A DNA stretch of 64,000 nucleotides from Heterodontus francisci (taxonomy: Eukaryota): assembly GCF_036365525.1 (NCBI RefSeq), contig NC_090391.1:34864591-34928590 (forward strand), read 5' to 3'. Below are positions 48,129 to 61,530 of this stretch, piece by piece (within the stretch, counting starts at the first letter, position 1; each line of letters opens with the position of its first letter). The position numbers and the translations under genes were made by a program. Below the pieces are notes generated by a model, which saw only the letters and a program-made list of their open reading frames with translations, was not told where the DNA came from and searched no databases.

Positions 48129-50325
48129 GAACATAGAACATAGAACAGTACAGCACAGTACAGGCCCTTCGGCCCACGATGTTGTGCCGACCCTTTAACC
48201 TACTCTAAGATCAAACTACTCATTCTACTATCATCCATGTACCTATCCAAGAGTCGCTTAAATGTCCCGAATGTATCTGCTTCTACTACCACCGCTGGCA
48301 GTGCATTCCACGCACCCACCACTCTCTGTGTAAAGAACCTACCTCTGACATCTCTCCTGAACCTTCCTCCAACCACCTTAAAATTATGCCCCCTGGTGAT
48401 AGCCCTTTTTGCCCTGGGAAAATGTCTCTGGCTATCCACTCTATCTATGCCTCTCATCATCTTGTACACCTCTATCAATTCACCTCTCATCCTTCTTCGC
48501 TCCAATGAGAAAAGCCCTAGCTCCCTCAACCTTTCTTCATAAGACATGCCCTCCAGTCTAGGCAGCATCCTGGAAATCTCCTCTGCACCCTCTCTAAAGC
48601 TTCCACATCCTTCCCATAATGATGCGACCAGAACTGAACACAATATTCCAAGTGTGGTCCAACCAGGGCTTTATAGACCTGCAGCATAACCTCACGGCTC
48701 TTAAACTCAACCCCCCCCCCCCACCCCGTTAATGAAAGCCAACACACCATACAGCTTCTTAACAACCCTATCAACTTGGGTGGCAACTTTGAGGGATCTA
48801 TGGACATGGACCCCAACATCCCTCTGTTCCTCCGCACTGCCAAGAATCCTGTCTTCAAGCCTGTATTCTGCATTCAAATTCGACCTTCCAAAATGAATCA
48901 CTTCGCACTTTTCCAGGTTGAACTCCATCTGCCACTTCTTAGCCCAGCTCTGCATTCCGTCAATGTCCCGTTGCAACCTACAACAGCCCTCTACACTATT
49001 CACAACTCCATCAACCTTTGTGTCATCGGCAAACTTACTAACCCTGCCTTCCACTTCCTCATCCAAGTCCTTTATAACAATCACAATGAGCAGAGGTCCC
49101 AGAACAGATCCCTACGGAACACCACAGGTCTCCGAGCTCCAGCTGAATACTTTCCATCTACTACCACCCTCTGTCTTCTATGGGCCAGCCAATTCTGAAT
49201 CCAGACAGCCAAATTTCCCTGTATCCCATGCTTCCTCACTTCCTGAATGAGCCTACCATGGGGAACCTTATCAAACGCCTTGCAGATATCCATATACACC
49301 ACATCCACTGCTCTTCCTTCATCAATGTGTTTTGTCACATGTTCAAAGAATTCAATAAAGCTTGTGAGGCATGACCTGCCACTCACAAAGCCATGCTGAC
49401 TATCTCTAATCAAACTATGCTTTTCCAAATAATCATAAATCCTGTCTATCAGAATCCTCTCCAATAATTTGCCGACCAGCGACGTAAGACTGACTGCTCT
49501 GTAATTCCCAGGGTTATCCCTATTCCCTTCCTTGAACAAGGGAATAACATTTGCCACTCTCCAATCATCTGATACCACTTCAATGGACAGTGAAGACGTA
49601 AAGATCATCGCCAAAGACGCGGCAATCTCTTCCCTCGCTTCCGGTAATAACCTTGGCTATATCCCGTCTGGCCCCGGGGACTTATCTTTCCTCATGTCTT
49701 TCAAAATTTCCAGCACATCCTCCTTCTTAACATCAACCTGTTCGAGCACATCAGCCTGTTTCACGCTGTCCTCACAAACGACAAGGTCCATCTCACTAGT
49801 GAATACTGAAGCAAAGTATTCATTAAGGACCTCCCCTACCTCCTCCGACTCCAGGCACAAGTTCCCTCCCTGATCGATCCCACCCTCACACTGGCCATCC
49901 TCTTGTTCCTCACATAAATGGAGAATGCATTGGGATTTTCCTTAATCCTACCCGCCAAGACGTTTTCATGTCCCCTTCTAACTCTCCTAAGTCCATTCTT
50001 CAGTTCCTTCCTGGCTACCTTGTAACCCTCTAGAGCCCTGTCTGATCCTTGCTTCCTCAACCTTAAGTAAGCTTCCTTATTCCTCTTGACTAGCTGTTCC
50101 ACATCTCTTGCCATCAAAGGTTCCTTCACCCTACCATCGCTTCCTTGCCTCAACGGGACAAACCTATCCAGCAGTCGCAGCAAATGCTCCCTAAACGATC
50201 TCCACATTTCTGTCGTGCATTTCCCTGAGAACATCGGTTCCCAATTTATGCTCCCCAGTTCCTGCCTAATAGCATTGTAATTCCCCCTCCCCCAATTAAA
50301 TATTTTCCCATCCCGTCTGTTCCTG
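48129..50325 (-). mobile_element. 5'-truncated CR1 LINE nested in an older plus-strand CR1 fragment (47880-48128 and 50330-50520)
   Basis: (AACATAG)n tail and frameshifted RT ORFs. The flanks read ...GGAAGGCAAATGGAATG / ATTGCAAGGGGAATGG..., which are consecutive in CR1 RT. Confidence 0.9.
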
Positions 50326-50624
50326 ATGTGATTAATTGCAAGGGGAATGGACTATTAAAGTAAGGAAGATTTGCGACAGTTGTCCAGGGTATTGGTGGGA
50401 CCCATCTGTCATATTGTGTACAATTTTGGTCTCTTTACCGAAGAAAACATAAAATTGCATTAGAAGTGGTTCATGGAAGGTTCATTCGAATGATTGCGAA
50501 GGTGAGAAGGGGTTATCTTATGCGATCGAACCTGTCATTCAAAACGCTTGTCGGAAAACTGGAAAATAACTTAATCTGAAAATTGAACAGTTGCTATTGA
50601 AATCATTACAGTCAATGGATTCTT

Positions 50625-51865
50625 TAGAGATAGGGGATGGAGGAGGTTACAGAAAAAGGGAGGTTTGTAGAGAATGGAGGAGGTTACAGTGATAGGGAGG
50701 GTTGTTGGACTGGAGGTGGTGACAGAAAAAGGGAGGGTTGTAGGGGCTGGAAGAGGTGTCAGAGATAGGGAGAGTTGGACGGGCAGGAGGAGGTTACAGA
50801 GATAGGGTGTGTTGTGGGCACTTGGGATGTTTACAGAGACAGGGAGCTTGGAGTGGCTGCAGGATGTTAGAGAGATCGGGAGGGTTGCATGTGCTGGAGG
50901 GGAATACAGTGATAGGGAGAGCAGTAAGCACTGGAGGCGGTGACAGATCTAGGGAAGCTTCTAGGGGATGGAGGACGTTATAGAGATAGGGGCGCTGGTT
51001 GGGGTGGAGGAGGTTACAGAGATAGGGATGGCTTTAGAGGTTGGAGGAGGTTGCATTTATAGGGCGGATTGTAGGGGCTGGAGGAGTTGGCAGAGTTAGG
51101 GAGAGTTGCAGCTCTGGAGGAGGTTTCAGCGATAGGGAGCGTTGTTGGGCCTTGACTAGGTGCCAGAGATAGGGAGGGTTGGAGGGGCTGGAGGAGGTTA
51201 CAGAGATAGGGGGGATTGTCGGAGGCTGCACAGTTCGGGAGTGCTGTAGGGGCGAGAGGAGATTACAGAGCTAGGGAGGGTTGTAAGGGCTTGAGGAAAT
51301 TACAGAGATAGGGATTCTTCTAGGGGCTGGAAGACGTAACAGAGTTAGGTAGGGTTCTAGGGGCTGAGTAGGTTACAGAGATAAGCAGGTTTATCAGGTT
51401 TGCAGTAGGTGATAGAGATCGGGAGAGTTGTAGGGGCTGAACGATGTGACAAGATAGGGATAGTTGTGGAGTCAGGAGGATATGACAGAGATCGGGAGGT
51501 TTAACGGCTGGAGGAGGTAACAGATTTAGGGAGGGTTGTAGGGGCTGGAGGAGGTTAAAGAGATGGGGAGAATTGAGGTGCTGAGGAGGTAACGGAGCTG
51601 GGAGGGTTTTAGGGGCTGGAGGATGTTACATAAATAGGGAGCATTGTAGGGGTGGAGGAGACCACAGTGAAAGGGAGTGTTGTGCGGCTGAGGAGTTAAC
51701 AGAGATTGGGAGGGCTGTCGAGGATGGAGGCGGTTACAGAAATGGGGAGGGGTTTTAGGGACTGGAGGAAGTTACCAGGGAAGGGAGGATTGTTTGGGCT
51801 GGAGCAGGTGACAGAGATAGTAAGGGTTGTAGGGGCTGGCGGAGGTGACCGAGACAGGGAGTTTG
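50625..51865. repeat. G-rich 37-bp minisatellite (~GGGAGGGTTGTAGGGGCTGGAGGAGGTTACAGAGATA)
   Basis: AGGAGGTTAC at 50641 and 50678; ~33 diverged units. Confidence 0.9.
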
Positions 51866-52399
51866 GGTGCTCACTGGACACAGGAGTGGTACTGGAGTAT
51901 TGGAGAACAGCTGACATTGGACCTCTGTTTAAAAAGGGAGCGAAGGATAGACCGAGAGGAGAGGAATGAAAAAGACAGTTAGGCAGACGGAATGTGTACG
52001 AGAGACAGACATGGAATGAGAGAGAGAGAGAGAGAAAGAACGGGAACGGAAGTGACAGAGAGACAGACAGAGCATGGCAGAGAGACAGGGAGACACAGAG
52101 AGAAAGTCAGACAGATGGATCTGAATTTGTTCAACGTGTGTTTTGAGCTGAGGTTGGAATTGACATGTGTCACTGCCTCCCGAACATTCTCCAATCCCTG
52201 TGTGGGGCCTGAAAGGGGGATCAGACATTTTCAAACTGCAGTAATGTTCCCGACAAGGGTTGAGAGTTCAATGTTTTACATCAACAAAACAGGTGCACTG
52301 GTCAAACTGGTTCTGTCCTCATTGTGCTGAATTAACATGTCAATGGATCGGACCCCGAGGAACATATTTAACAACATCCCAACGAGGAACATTTTAAAA

Positions 52400-52660
52400 A
52401 ATTATTTCATAGGATGTGGGCGTCGCGAGCAAGGCCAGCATTAATTGTCCATCCCTCATTGCCCTTGAACTGAGTGGCTTGCGAGGCCATTTCGAGGGCA
52501 TGTAAGAGTTAACCACATTGCTGTGGATCTGAGTCACATGCAGGCCAGACCAGGAAAGGACAGCAGATTTCCTTCCCGGAAGGATATTAGTGAACCAGAT
52601 GGGTTTTTACAACAATTGACAGTGGTTTCACGGCCATAATTAGACGAGCTATAAATTAAA
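52400..52660 (-). mobile_element. Short bipartite non-autonomous element (5' region plus 3' end of the 5030-8175 LINE)
   Basis: 52405-52468 matches 5040-5105; 52470-52650 matches 7980-8160. Confidence 0.8.
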
Positions 52661-52883
52661 ACATATTCACTGGTGAAGCAAACTGCTGAGCTGGGTTGTG
52701 TCTGATTGGAAAGGAGTCCCCGTTCAAATCCTAAAACCTCTCCCTCCCTCTCTCTCCAGTGGAAGGGATGTTTCTCTCAGTCTGGTGTGTGTGGATTGTG
52801 TGCTCGCATTGTTTCCTCAATCGATATCACTTTTGACCCTTTGCTTTCTAACTGGCATTCGTTTGCATTGGGATGTTTTTTTT

Positions 52884-54742
52884 TTAGAATTAGAATGTTA
52901 CAGCGCATTACAGGCCCTTCGGCCCTCGATGTTCCGCCGACCTGTGAAACCATCTGACCTACACTATTCCATTTTCATCCCTATGTCTATCCAATGACCA
53001 CCTAAATGCTCTTAAAGTTGGCGAGTCTACTACTGCTGCAGGCAGGGCGTTCCACGCCCCTACTACTCTCTGAGTAAAGAAAATACCTCTAACATCTGTC
53101 CTATATCTATCACCCCTCAACTTAAAGCTATGTCCCCTCGTGTTTGCCATCACCATCTGAGGAAAAAGACTCTCACTATCCACCCTATCTAACCCTCTGA
53201 TTATCTTATATGTATCTATTAAGTCACCTCTCCTCCTCCTTCTCTCCAACGAAAACAACCTCAAATCCCTCAGCCTTTCCTCGTAAGACCTTCCCTCCAT
53301 ACCAAGCAACACCCGAGTAAATCTCCTCTGCACCCTTTCCAAAGCTTCCACATCCTTCCTATAATGCGGTGACCAGAACTGCACGCAATACCCAAGGTGC
53401 GGCCTCACCAGAGTTTTGTACAGCTGTATCATGACCTCGTGGCTCCGAAACTCGACCCCCCTACTAATAAAAGCTAACACACCATATGCCTTCTTAAAAG
53501 CCCTATTAACCTGGGTAGCAACCTTCACGAATTTATGTACCTGGACACCAAGATCTCTCTGTTCATCTGCACTACCAAGAATCTTCCCATTAGCCCAGTA
53601 CTCTGCATTCCTGTTACTATTTCCAAAGTGAATCACCACATACTTTTCCGCATTAAACTCCATTTGTCATCTCTCAGCCCAGCTCTGCTGCCTATCTATG
53701 TCCCTCTGTACCCTACAACATCCTTCGGCACTATCCACAACTCCACCGACCTTCGTGTCATCCGCAAATTTACTAACCCACCCTTCTACACCCTCTTCCA
53801 GGTCATTTATAAAAATGACAAACAGCAGTGGCCCCAAAGCAGATCCTTGCGGTACACCACTAGTAACTAAACTCCAGGATGAACATTTGCCATCAATCAC
53901 CACCCTCTGTCTTCTTTCAGCTAGCCAATTTCTGATCCAAAGCTCTAAATCACCTTCAACCCCATACTTCCGTATTTTCTGCAATAGCCTACCGTGGGGA
54001 ACATTATCAAACACCTTACTGAAATCCATATACACCACATCCACTGCTTTACCCTCATCCACCTGTTTGGTCACCTTCTCGAAAAACTCAATAAGGTTTG
54101 TGAGGCACGACCTACCCTTCACAAAACCGTGCTGACTGTCGCTAATGAACTTATTCTTTTCTAGATGATTATAAATCCTGTCTCTTATAACCTTTTCCAA
54201 CATTTTACCCACAACCGAAGTAAGGCTCACAGGTCTATAATTACCAGGGCTGTCTCTACTCCCCTTCTTGAACAAGGGGACAACACTTGCTATCCTCCAG
54301 TCTTCCGGCACTATTCCTGTCGACAATGACGACATAAGGATCATGGACAAAGGCTCTGCAATCTCCTCCCTGGCTTCCCAGATAATTCTAGGATAAATCC
54401 CATCTGGCCCAGGGGTCATATCTATTTTCACACTTTCCAAAATTGAGAACACCTCCTCCTTGTGAACCTCAATCCCATCTAGCCTAGTAGCCTGAATCTC
54501 GGTATTCTCCTCGACAACATTTTCTTTCTCTACTGTAAATACTGACGAAAAATATTCATTTAACGCTTCCCCTATCTCCTCTGATTCCACACACAACTTA
54601 CCACTACTATCCTTGATTGGCCCTAATCCAACTCGAGTCATTCTTTTATTCCTGATATACCTATAGAAAGCCTTAGGGTTTTCCCTGATCCAATCCGCCA
54701 ATGACTTCTCGTGTCCTCTCCTTGCTCTTCTTAGCTCTCCCT
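52884..54742 (-). mobile_element. 5'-truncated young CR1 LINE
   Basis: RT ORFs 53667-54833 and 52959-53663 are separated by one stop; tail TTAGAATTAGAA. Confidence 0.93.
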
Positions 54743-55019
54743 TTACTGAGAGCTTGTCAGTACAACTGAGAGAAAACAGTTTTGGGATCTTGCAACACCT
54801 ATTCCTGAGAATCTTTTGCTTTGATTTATCCAATTTAATTTATTTTACTGCTCTGCTCCTGGGGGCATTTGTTTTACTTTGAAAACTATAATGACAATAT
54901 GTGGAGAGAGTGAGAGAGTTTTGTGATGAGGAATATGATTGGACAGGCTGTCCATCCGCCCTGGAAGGATAGGTGAAGGGGAAGGGGAAAAGGAGGTGCG
55001 ATCGTGCTGTTAATGCAGG

Positions 55020-55710
55020 ACGAGACAGTACATTCGTGAGACAGTATCTGAGATCAAAGGAGCAAGATGTAGAATCAGTTTGATGGAACTAAGAAATAGC
55101 AAGGGGCAGCAAACATTGGTGGGAGATGTTTTGTAGACCACCAAACTACAGTGGTAATGTTGGACATGGTAAACATCAGGAAATTGCAGCTGCATGTAAC
55201 ATGGGCAATACAGTAACAATGGGCATCTTCAATTTACAGATCGATTGTCTCATCCTCATTAGCACTAATTCTGTGGTGGATGAATTGCTAGTCTGTGTAT
55301 GAGATGGATGACTGGAGCAGTATGTTGAAGAACCGTCTGGGGATTGAGCTATTTGAGATTTAGTATTTTGCCATGAGAAAGGGCTAATTAATAACCTTGT
55401 TGTAAAGGAGCCATTATGAAATCGTGACCACAATATGATAGAATTTTACATTTGAATAAAAAGATATAGTTCATTCTGAAAATAGGCTTTTAAATCTGAA
55501 CAAAGGAAACAGTGAAGATATGAAGGACAAGTTGCCTGCGGTGTATTGGGAAAATACATTAAATCATTTGACAGTAGCCAGACAATGGCTCGAAGTTAGA
55601 GAAGTTATTTAGTTAGAGAAGTTATTTCATGGTTGACAGCAAATGTACATTCCTCGAAGAAACAAAAACCCAAAAGAAAATGGGAATCAATCGTTGCTAA
55701 CAAAATGAGT
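55020..55710 (+). mobile_element. Degenerate CR1 APE fragment
   Basis: Nucleotide similarity to the APE region (GAACTAAGAAATAGCAAGGGG, GTGACCACAATATGATAGAATTT). Confidence 0.65.
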
Positions 55711-56746
55711 TAGTTACCATTGGGGGTAGAGTTAAATCATTGACAAAGCAAACACTTCACCTGTCTGCCCCGGAATGAATAGCAAAATTTGTGGCTATTT
55801 TATGTCTGTATACTGACAATATAGGCAGAAAAGTATATTATATGGTGGGATGCTGCAGTACGGTAGGAAAAGCAACTTCAAAACAATTGTTCGCACGTCT
55901 AGTCTAAGTTAACTACAGATTAGACCCGAAAGGTAATAAATGCCAACACTCCTGAGTTTGTTGGAGTACCTTAAGCTTTATTCTGTATGGTTTTCAGAAA
56001 TTAAACATTACACATGCACTGCAAGATTAAAGGTTACACGTAGGTTGGGTTACATAGAATTCCAGCAAATTATCACTAAAATCCCAGTGAATATTCCTGG
56101 AAAAATCAATGCTGCACATGATCCCCACAGACTCTCACATGGTCTGTGTCTTTATTTTAACCAAGTTCCCACTGATCGATGATCAGTCTTTCAGGAGGGA
56201 TCTTCTTTCAATCGCTGGCCCAGCTATCTGGACTGCAGTGTCAGATAAAGGAAAGGGACCCCCTTATATCCAGAACTGACCATCATTCTCCCCTCGTGCA
56301 CCATGTCACTGGGCTCAGTGTTGGGGTCTTTCCCTGCATGATCAATCCCTGTGTGTGATCAATATCTTTTCCGAAACTGCCTGGACCATCCCACACACAC
56401 ATTGCATTTGCTTCTACATTCCAAACCTCACCCGTACCTAATTTCTTGTCATTAAAAGACTCCATTTTATTCTCCATATCCTGCCTTCTAGTAATTCCAG
56501 GCCTTTGGTCATTCACTGTCCATATCTTGTCTTAGGAATGCATCACATAGGACATTCCAGACCCATTTCTGTTGAGTGTTTACTTGTACAAGTGAATTGA
56601 CCATTTTAATATTTTTTACTTACTTAACCCTTGTCTTCTCACAAAGATCAAGCTCGCAAATTCAACAGTGGCCACTTTGACTTCATCCCATCGTGTCTTA
56701 TGTACATTCTCACAGGATAGCAGGTATAACTGACCAGTGCTGTACT

Positions 56747-57755
56747 TCAGGGATCAGTGCTGGGACCCTTGCTGTTTGTGCAGTACATTAATGATTTAGA
56801 TGTGAATATAGGAGGTACGATCAGTATGTTTGCAGTTGAGACGAAAATTGGTGGTGCCATAAATAGTGAGGAGCAATGCCTTAGATTATAGCACAATATA
56901 GGTGGGCTGGTAAGATGGGCAGAGCAGTGGCAAAATGAATATAGTCCTGAGAAGTGTGAGGTGATGCACTTTGGGAGGACTATCGAGGCAAGGGAATATA
57001 TAATGGGTGGTAGGACCATAGGGAGTACAGAGTGTCAGAGGGACCAAGTTGTACTTGTCCATAGATCACTGAAGGCAGCAGCACAGTTAAATAAGGTGGT
57101 TAGGAAGACATATGGGATACTTGCCTTAATTTGCCGAGGCATAGAGTATACGAGTAGGGAGGTTCAGATGGAGCTGTGTAAAACACTAGTTCGGCCACAG
57201 CTGGAGTACTGTGTACAGTTCTGGGCGCCACACTACGGGAAGGATGTGATTGCACTGGAGAGGATGCGGAGGAGATTCACTAGGATGTTGCCTGGGCTGG
57301 AGCATGTCAGCTATGAAGAGAGACTGGATAGGCTGGGGCTGTTTTCCTTAGAGCAGAGTAGGCTGAGCGGGGACATGATTGAGGTATACGGAATTATGAG
57401 GGGCATTGATAGGTTAGATAGGAAGAAACTTTTTCCCTTAGCGGAGGGGTCAATATACAGGGGGCACAGATTTAAGGGGCAGGGGCAGGAGGTTGAGAGG
57501 GGATTTGAGGACAATTTCTTTTACCCGGAGGGTGGTTGGAATCTGGAACGTTCTGCCTGAAGAGGTGGTAGAGGCAGGAACTCTCACAACATTTAAGAAG
57601 TATTTAGATGAGCATTTGAAATGCCATAGCAGACAAGGCTACGGCCCAAGTGCTGGAAAATGGGATTAGAATAGGTAGGTGCTTAATGGTGGGCACGGAC
57701 ACGATGGGCCGAAGGGCCTGTTACTGTGCTGTATAACTCTATGACTCTATGACTC
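56747..57755 (+). mobile_element. 5'-truncated CR1 LINE
   Basis: QGSVLGP...LEYCVQFWAP; (ACTCTATG)n tail. Confidence 0.9.
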
Positions 57756-58189
57756 AAACTGTCGTCATAGTATTCAGCTGAAAAATAATCAGTTACATTA
57801 TTATTTCTGTCCATCTTTACAGCACACACGGTACCTTACTGTTGTAATAAAGTCATATAGTATCATTTCATCCCACTGGGGCAAAATTTCACTGCCTCGA
57901 CAATCTCACCAAATACTAAAACATTCCACAGTGCAAGACTGTCAAATTCAACATAAGTTTACTTTTCTGAGTCTTGCTGGTCTGTTCTAATTCTGTGAGG
58001 GATTACTGATGCTTATCCTCCACATGAGCAGTCGTCCTAATCCTGTGTGCCTGTTCTGCTCCCAAACCCGGCATCCGCCTATATTAAGGCAAGTGATACA
58101 GGAGCGTCTCTGTGACTGAGGCAGGTGAGTCTTGAGCCTGAGCCAGGCACAGTGAGTGACCCGGGTTAATCCGACACTCCAGGGAATGT

Positions 58190-58751
58190 TTAAACGGAGC
58201 TGTACTCTGTATCTAACAAGCGCTGTACCTTCTCTGAGTGTATTCGATGGGACAGGGTAGATGTGCAAGAGGTTATCCCTTCATTTGATCTCTGAGAAAT
58301 TGGATAAGCCAAGGTTTTTATCTGTGTCTCTCTCTGTCCTCCTCTCTGTATCTCTCCCACCTGCTATCTCTGACACGAGGAGAGAGACAGAGGGAGAGAG
58401 GGTTAGATTTGCAGAGAGAGGGCTGGAGAGAGGGATAAGGTTGTAGAGATTGAGTTTGATGGGATGGTTTGAAAGGGAAAATGTAAGATATATTCATTTG
58501 ATGAAAAGACAGTGCAGAGAGAGCTTTCCTCTCTATCTAACACCGTTTTTTCTTAGTATCGAGGGAGCTTTACTCTGTATCTAATCCCCGTTTTTTTTTC
58601 CTTTTTTTTTGTAGAGGGAGCTTTACTCTGTATCTAACCCCGTGTTGTACCTGCCTGGGTGTGTTTGATGGGACAATGTTGGGGGAACTTTACTCTGTAT
58701 CTGAGCCCCGTTTTTTTTTGTAGACAGAGCTTTGCTCTGCATCTAAACCAG
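58190..58751 (+). repeat. Copies of a ~65-bp repeat unit (GTAGAGGGAGCTTTACTCTGTATCTAACCCCGTG.TGTACCTGCC.TGGG.GTGTTTGATGGGACA), several interrupted by poly-T
   Basis: Units at 58190-58262 and 58512-58751; also 36965-37060. Confidence 0.8.
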
Positions 58752-61441
58752 TTTTTTTTTAAGGTGGCCCTTATACGCTGGGCCCCTTTTACATATTTTA
58801 TGTCGAGGGGGCCTTTATTCCTCAGGGCCCCTTAATATACATAATTATATTTTAAAAATAACTTTATTAAAAACAGAAATAAACAAAAACTCAAATTAAA
58901 ATGCCATTATCGGCGTCGACATTGCACGCCAGTCGATGTGGTGCCCACCGGTTGCGGAAGGCCTCAAGCGTACCAGCGGACACCGCATGCTCCGTCTCCA
59001 GGGACACCCGGGCGCGAACGGAACCGAGGAAGAGGGGCAGGCAACGTGAGCAGAGCCTCCGATACTTCGGCGCCCTCCGGGCTGACTTGCAGCAGGTCCT
59101 CCCACAAAACTCTGCGTGCATACTCCTTGGACGGATCCGGAGTGAACAAGGCACTGTCAGTACCGACCAGGAGGCCCATTCCCTCCGGAGCTGCTTACGG
59201 ACCCCCCGCCATTTTTCCAGCGAGTAGAAGGGTGATGCGCGGTTCACATCTTCCAGGTTCTGGATCCGCGACCTGACGTACGCGCCTCGAGACCCTATGA
59301 GCTGCAGATCCCTCAGCGCACCCTTCATCTCTTTGTACGCCTGCCACAGGGCCGGGTCCGCGACGGCATGACCGAGGCGGGACTTCAAGTCGAGCACCTC
59401 CCTCTGTAGGCATCCAATCTCAGCTTCCTGCCTCTTGGTCAACACCTTCGCATACTCCTGACAGAAGACGCGGATGTGAGTCTTGCCAACATCCCACCAT
59501 AGCCTCAAGGAGGGGAAGCCCCCATGCTTCCTTCTCCAGTCGGCGCAGAATTGACAGAACAAGTCCCTGAATCGCTCGTCCTCCAGCAGCCGGTTGTTAA
59601 AGTGCCAGTACGCGGACCCCGCCCGCGTGCGGAGCGGAATGAATTCCACACACAACAGGCGGTGGTCCGAGCACGGCACCAGCCGCATGGAGGTCGCCGA
59701 GACACGGGAGACGTATGCCTGGGAAATGTAAAGGCTGTCGATTCGGGACCCTGCTCCTCCAGTCCTCCACGTGAAGGCGCTGGAGTCGGGATGGAGATTA
59801 CGCCAGACGTCCACCAAGTTGCGGGAGCTGATCAGTTCCCTCAACTTCTCCACCAACGCTTAGCAGCACTGGGGACCGGAGCAATCCCCCACCTCGAGGG
59901 TGCAGTTAAAATCCCTCCCGAGGATGATGCACTCGCCACTATCGATGGAGCTCAAGAGAGCGGTCACTTCTTCAAAGAAGCGCGCTTGCAATGCGCCGGG
60001 CCCGGGCGCGTATACGTTCACAAAGTGGAGCGGCACGCTACCCAGGCGTACAGAAACGTGGAGCAAGTGGCCCGGCACGAGCTCCATGCCCCGCAAGATC
60101 TCCGGCTGAAAGGTCGGGGCCAACAAGATAGCCATTCCACTAGAAATAGTTTAGTTTAGTTTAGTGCTGCAGCACTGAAACCGGCCCTTCAGCCCACCGA
60201 GTCTGAGCCGACCATCAACGACCCATTTATACTAATCCTGCACTAATTCCATATTCCTACCACATCCCCACCTCTCCCTATATTTCCCTACCACCTACCT
60301 ATACCAGTGACAATTTATAATGGTCAATTTACCTATCAACCTGCAAGTCTTTTGGCATGTGGGAGGAAACCGGAGCACCCGGAGGAAACCCACGCAGCCA
60401 CAGGGAGAACTTGCAAACTCCACACAGGCAGTACCCAGAATTGAACCCGGGTCGCTGGAGTTGTGAGGCTGTGGTGCTAACCACTGTGCCGTCCTGGGGT
60501 GAGGTGACTTATGTAGACCCCGCCTTGCCACTCCTGGAGCCAGGTGGCTTCGTCTCCTGGAACGGTGTGGGTTTCTTGCAGAAAGCTCACCGCGTATCTC
60601 CTTTCCCTCAGGACTGAGAGATTGTGAAATCTGCGGTGAGACCCCCTGCTGCCGTTGATGTTGAGGCTGGCTATGGTTCTCTTCATGTCAAAGGTACTTA
60701 AATACGTCATTAACACCTCCATGTGAGGAGGGCGTGGGAGTGAACCGGGCCTTCCACTCCCGCAGCAACCCATTGAGGAGCACATTAAAACGACATCTCT
60801 CAACCAGTTTCACGCCAGCGCGCTTGCCCGCTTTCTTCAGGGCGGCACAGACGGACTGTATGATCAGCGCCAGATTCAACCAACGGCCGAGGGCCAGCTG
60901 ACCTTTATTGCAGCAACCCCTGCAAGCCGCGAGGAAATCCCGGAGATCCGCCGTGGGGATGAGAGGAGGTTTGTTGGGAAACACGACGTACTCCAACACC
61001 TCACTGGTGATGGAATCAAGGTCATCCGCCGTGCCCCACACCGAAACCCCATCCTCCTCCGGGTCATCACTGCCAGTGGCCGACACATCCACCACACACT
61101 GTGGGGCGGACGTCCCGGCCTTGGCAGCTGGTCCCGCCTCCGTCTCAATCCCACCCCCAGCATTGATGGTGGAGGAGTCCTCTCTGGGTTCTAAGATGGA
61201 AGTGGAGCCTGTGGGCGCCAGCGGTTGAGGAACCAGCCCCCACCCCCCACATCCGACCCCAGGCCAATCAGCGGTCCAGGGGAGATGGGAGTTCCCGACT
61301 GCGGAAATCCAGCTGAGACCGGAGGCGGAGAGAGGAGGCCATCTCCCGCTCCACCAGCACCCACAGTCCCAGCAGATGGGGCAGTATTCTCGGTTATAAC
61401 CGGGTCGGGTGTCTCCTGTTTGGTAGTGGACTCCGGCTGGG
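58752..61441 (-). mobile_element. Tx1-like (L1-group) LINE copy B: 5'-truncated ORF1, APE, RT deleted, intact 3' end with poly(A)
   Basis: ORF2 ATG at 60686 (MKRTIASLNING), FLQETH, CSDH, WHFNNRLL, WWDVGK, then a jump to the C-terminal RVSLETEH...FRNRWAP. T9 tail at 58752-58760. Confidence 0.88.
60148..60495 (-). mobile_element. HE1-like V-SINE inserted in Tx1 copy B
   Basis: Interrupts CTAGAAATAG/GG.TGAGGTGAC, which is contiguous in copy A (62752-62775). Confidence 0.9.
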
Positions 61442-61444
61442 AAT

Positions 61445-61530
61445 AGTGTATGATTAGTATAAATGGGTGGTTGATGGTCGGCACAGACTCGGTGGGCCAA
61501 AGGGCCTGTTTCAGTGCTGTATCTCTAAAC
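61445..61530 (+). mobile_element. HE1-like SINE 3' fragment at the junction of the two Tx1 copies
   Basis: TAGTATAAATGGGTGGTTGATGGTCGGCACAG...GTGCTGTATCTCTAAAC. Confidence 0.85.

Noticed and set aside
55720-56715. Possible second LTR in minus orientation
   Set aside because: I could not identify matching TG/CA termini or a TSD by eye.
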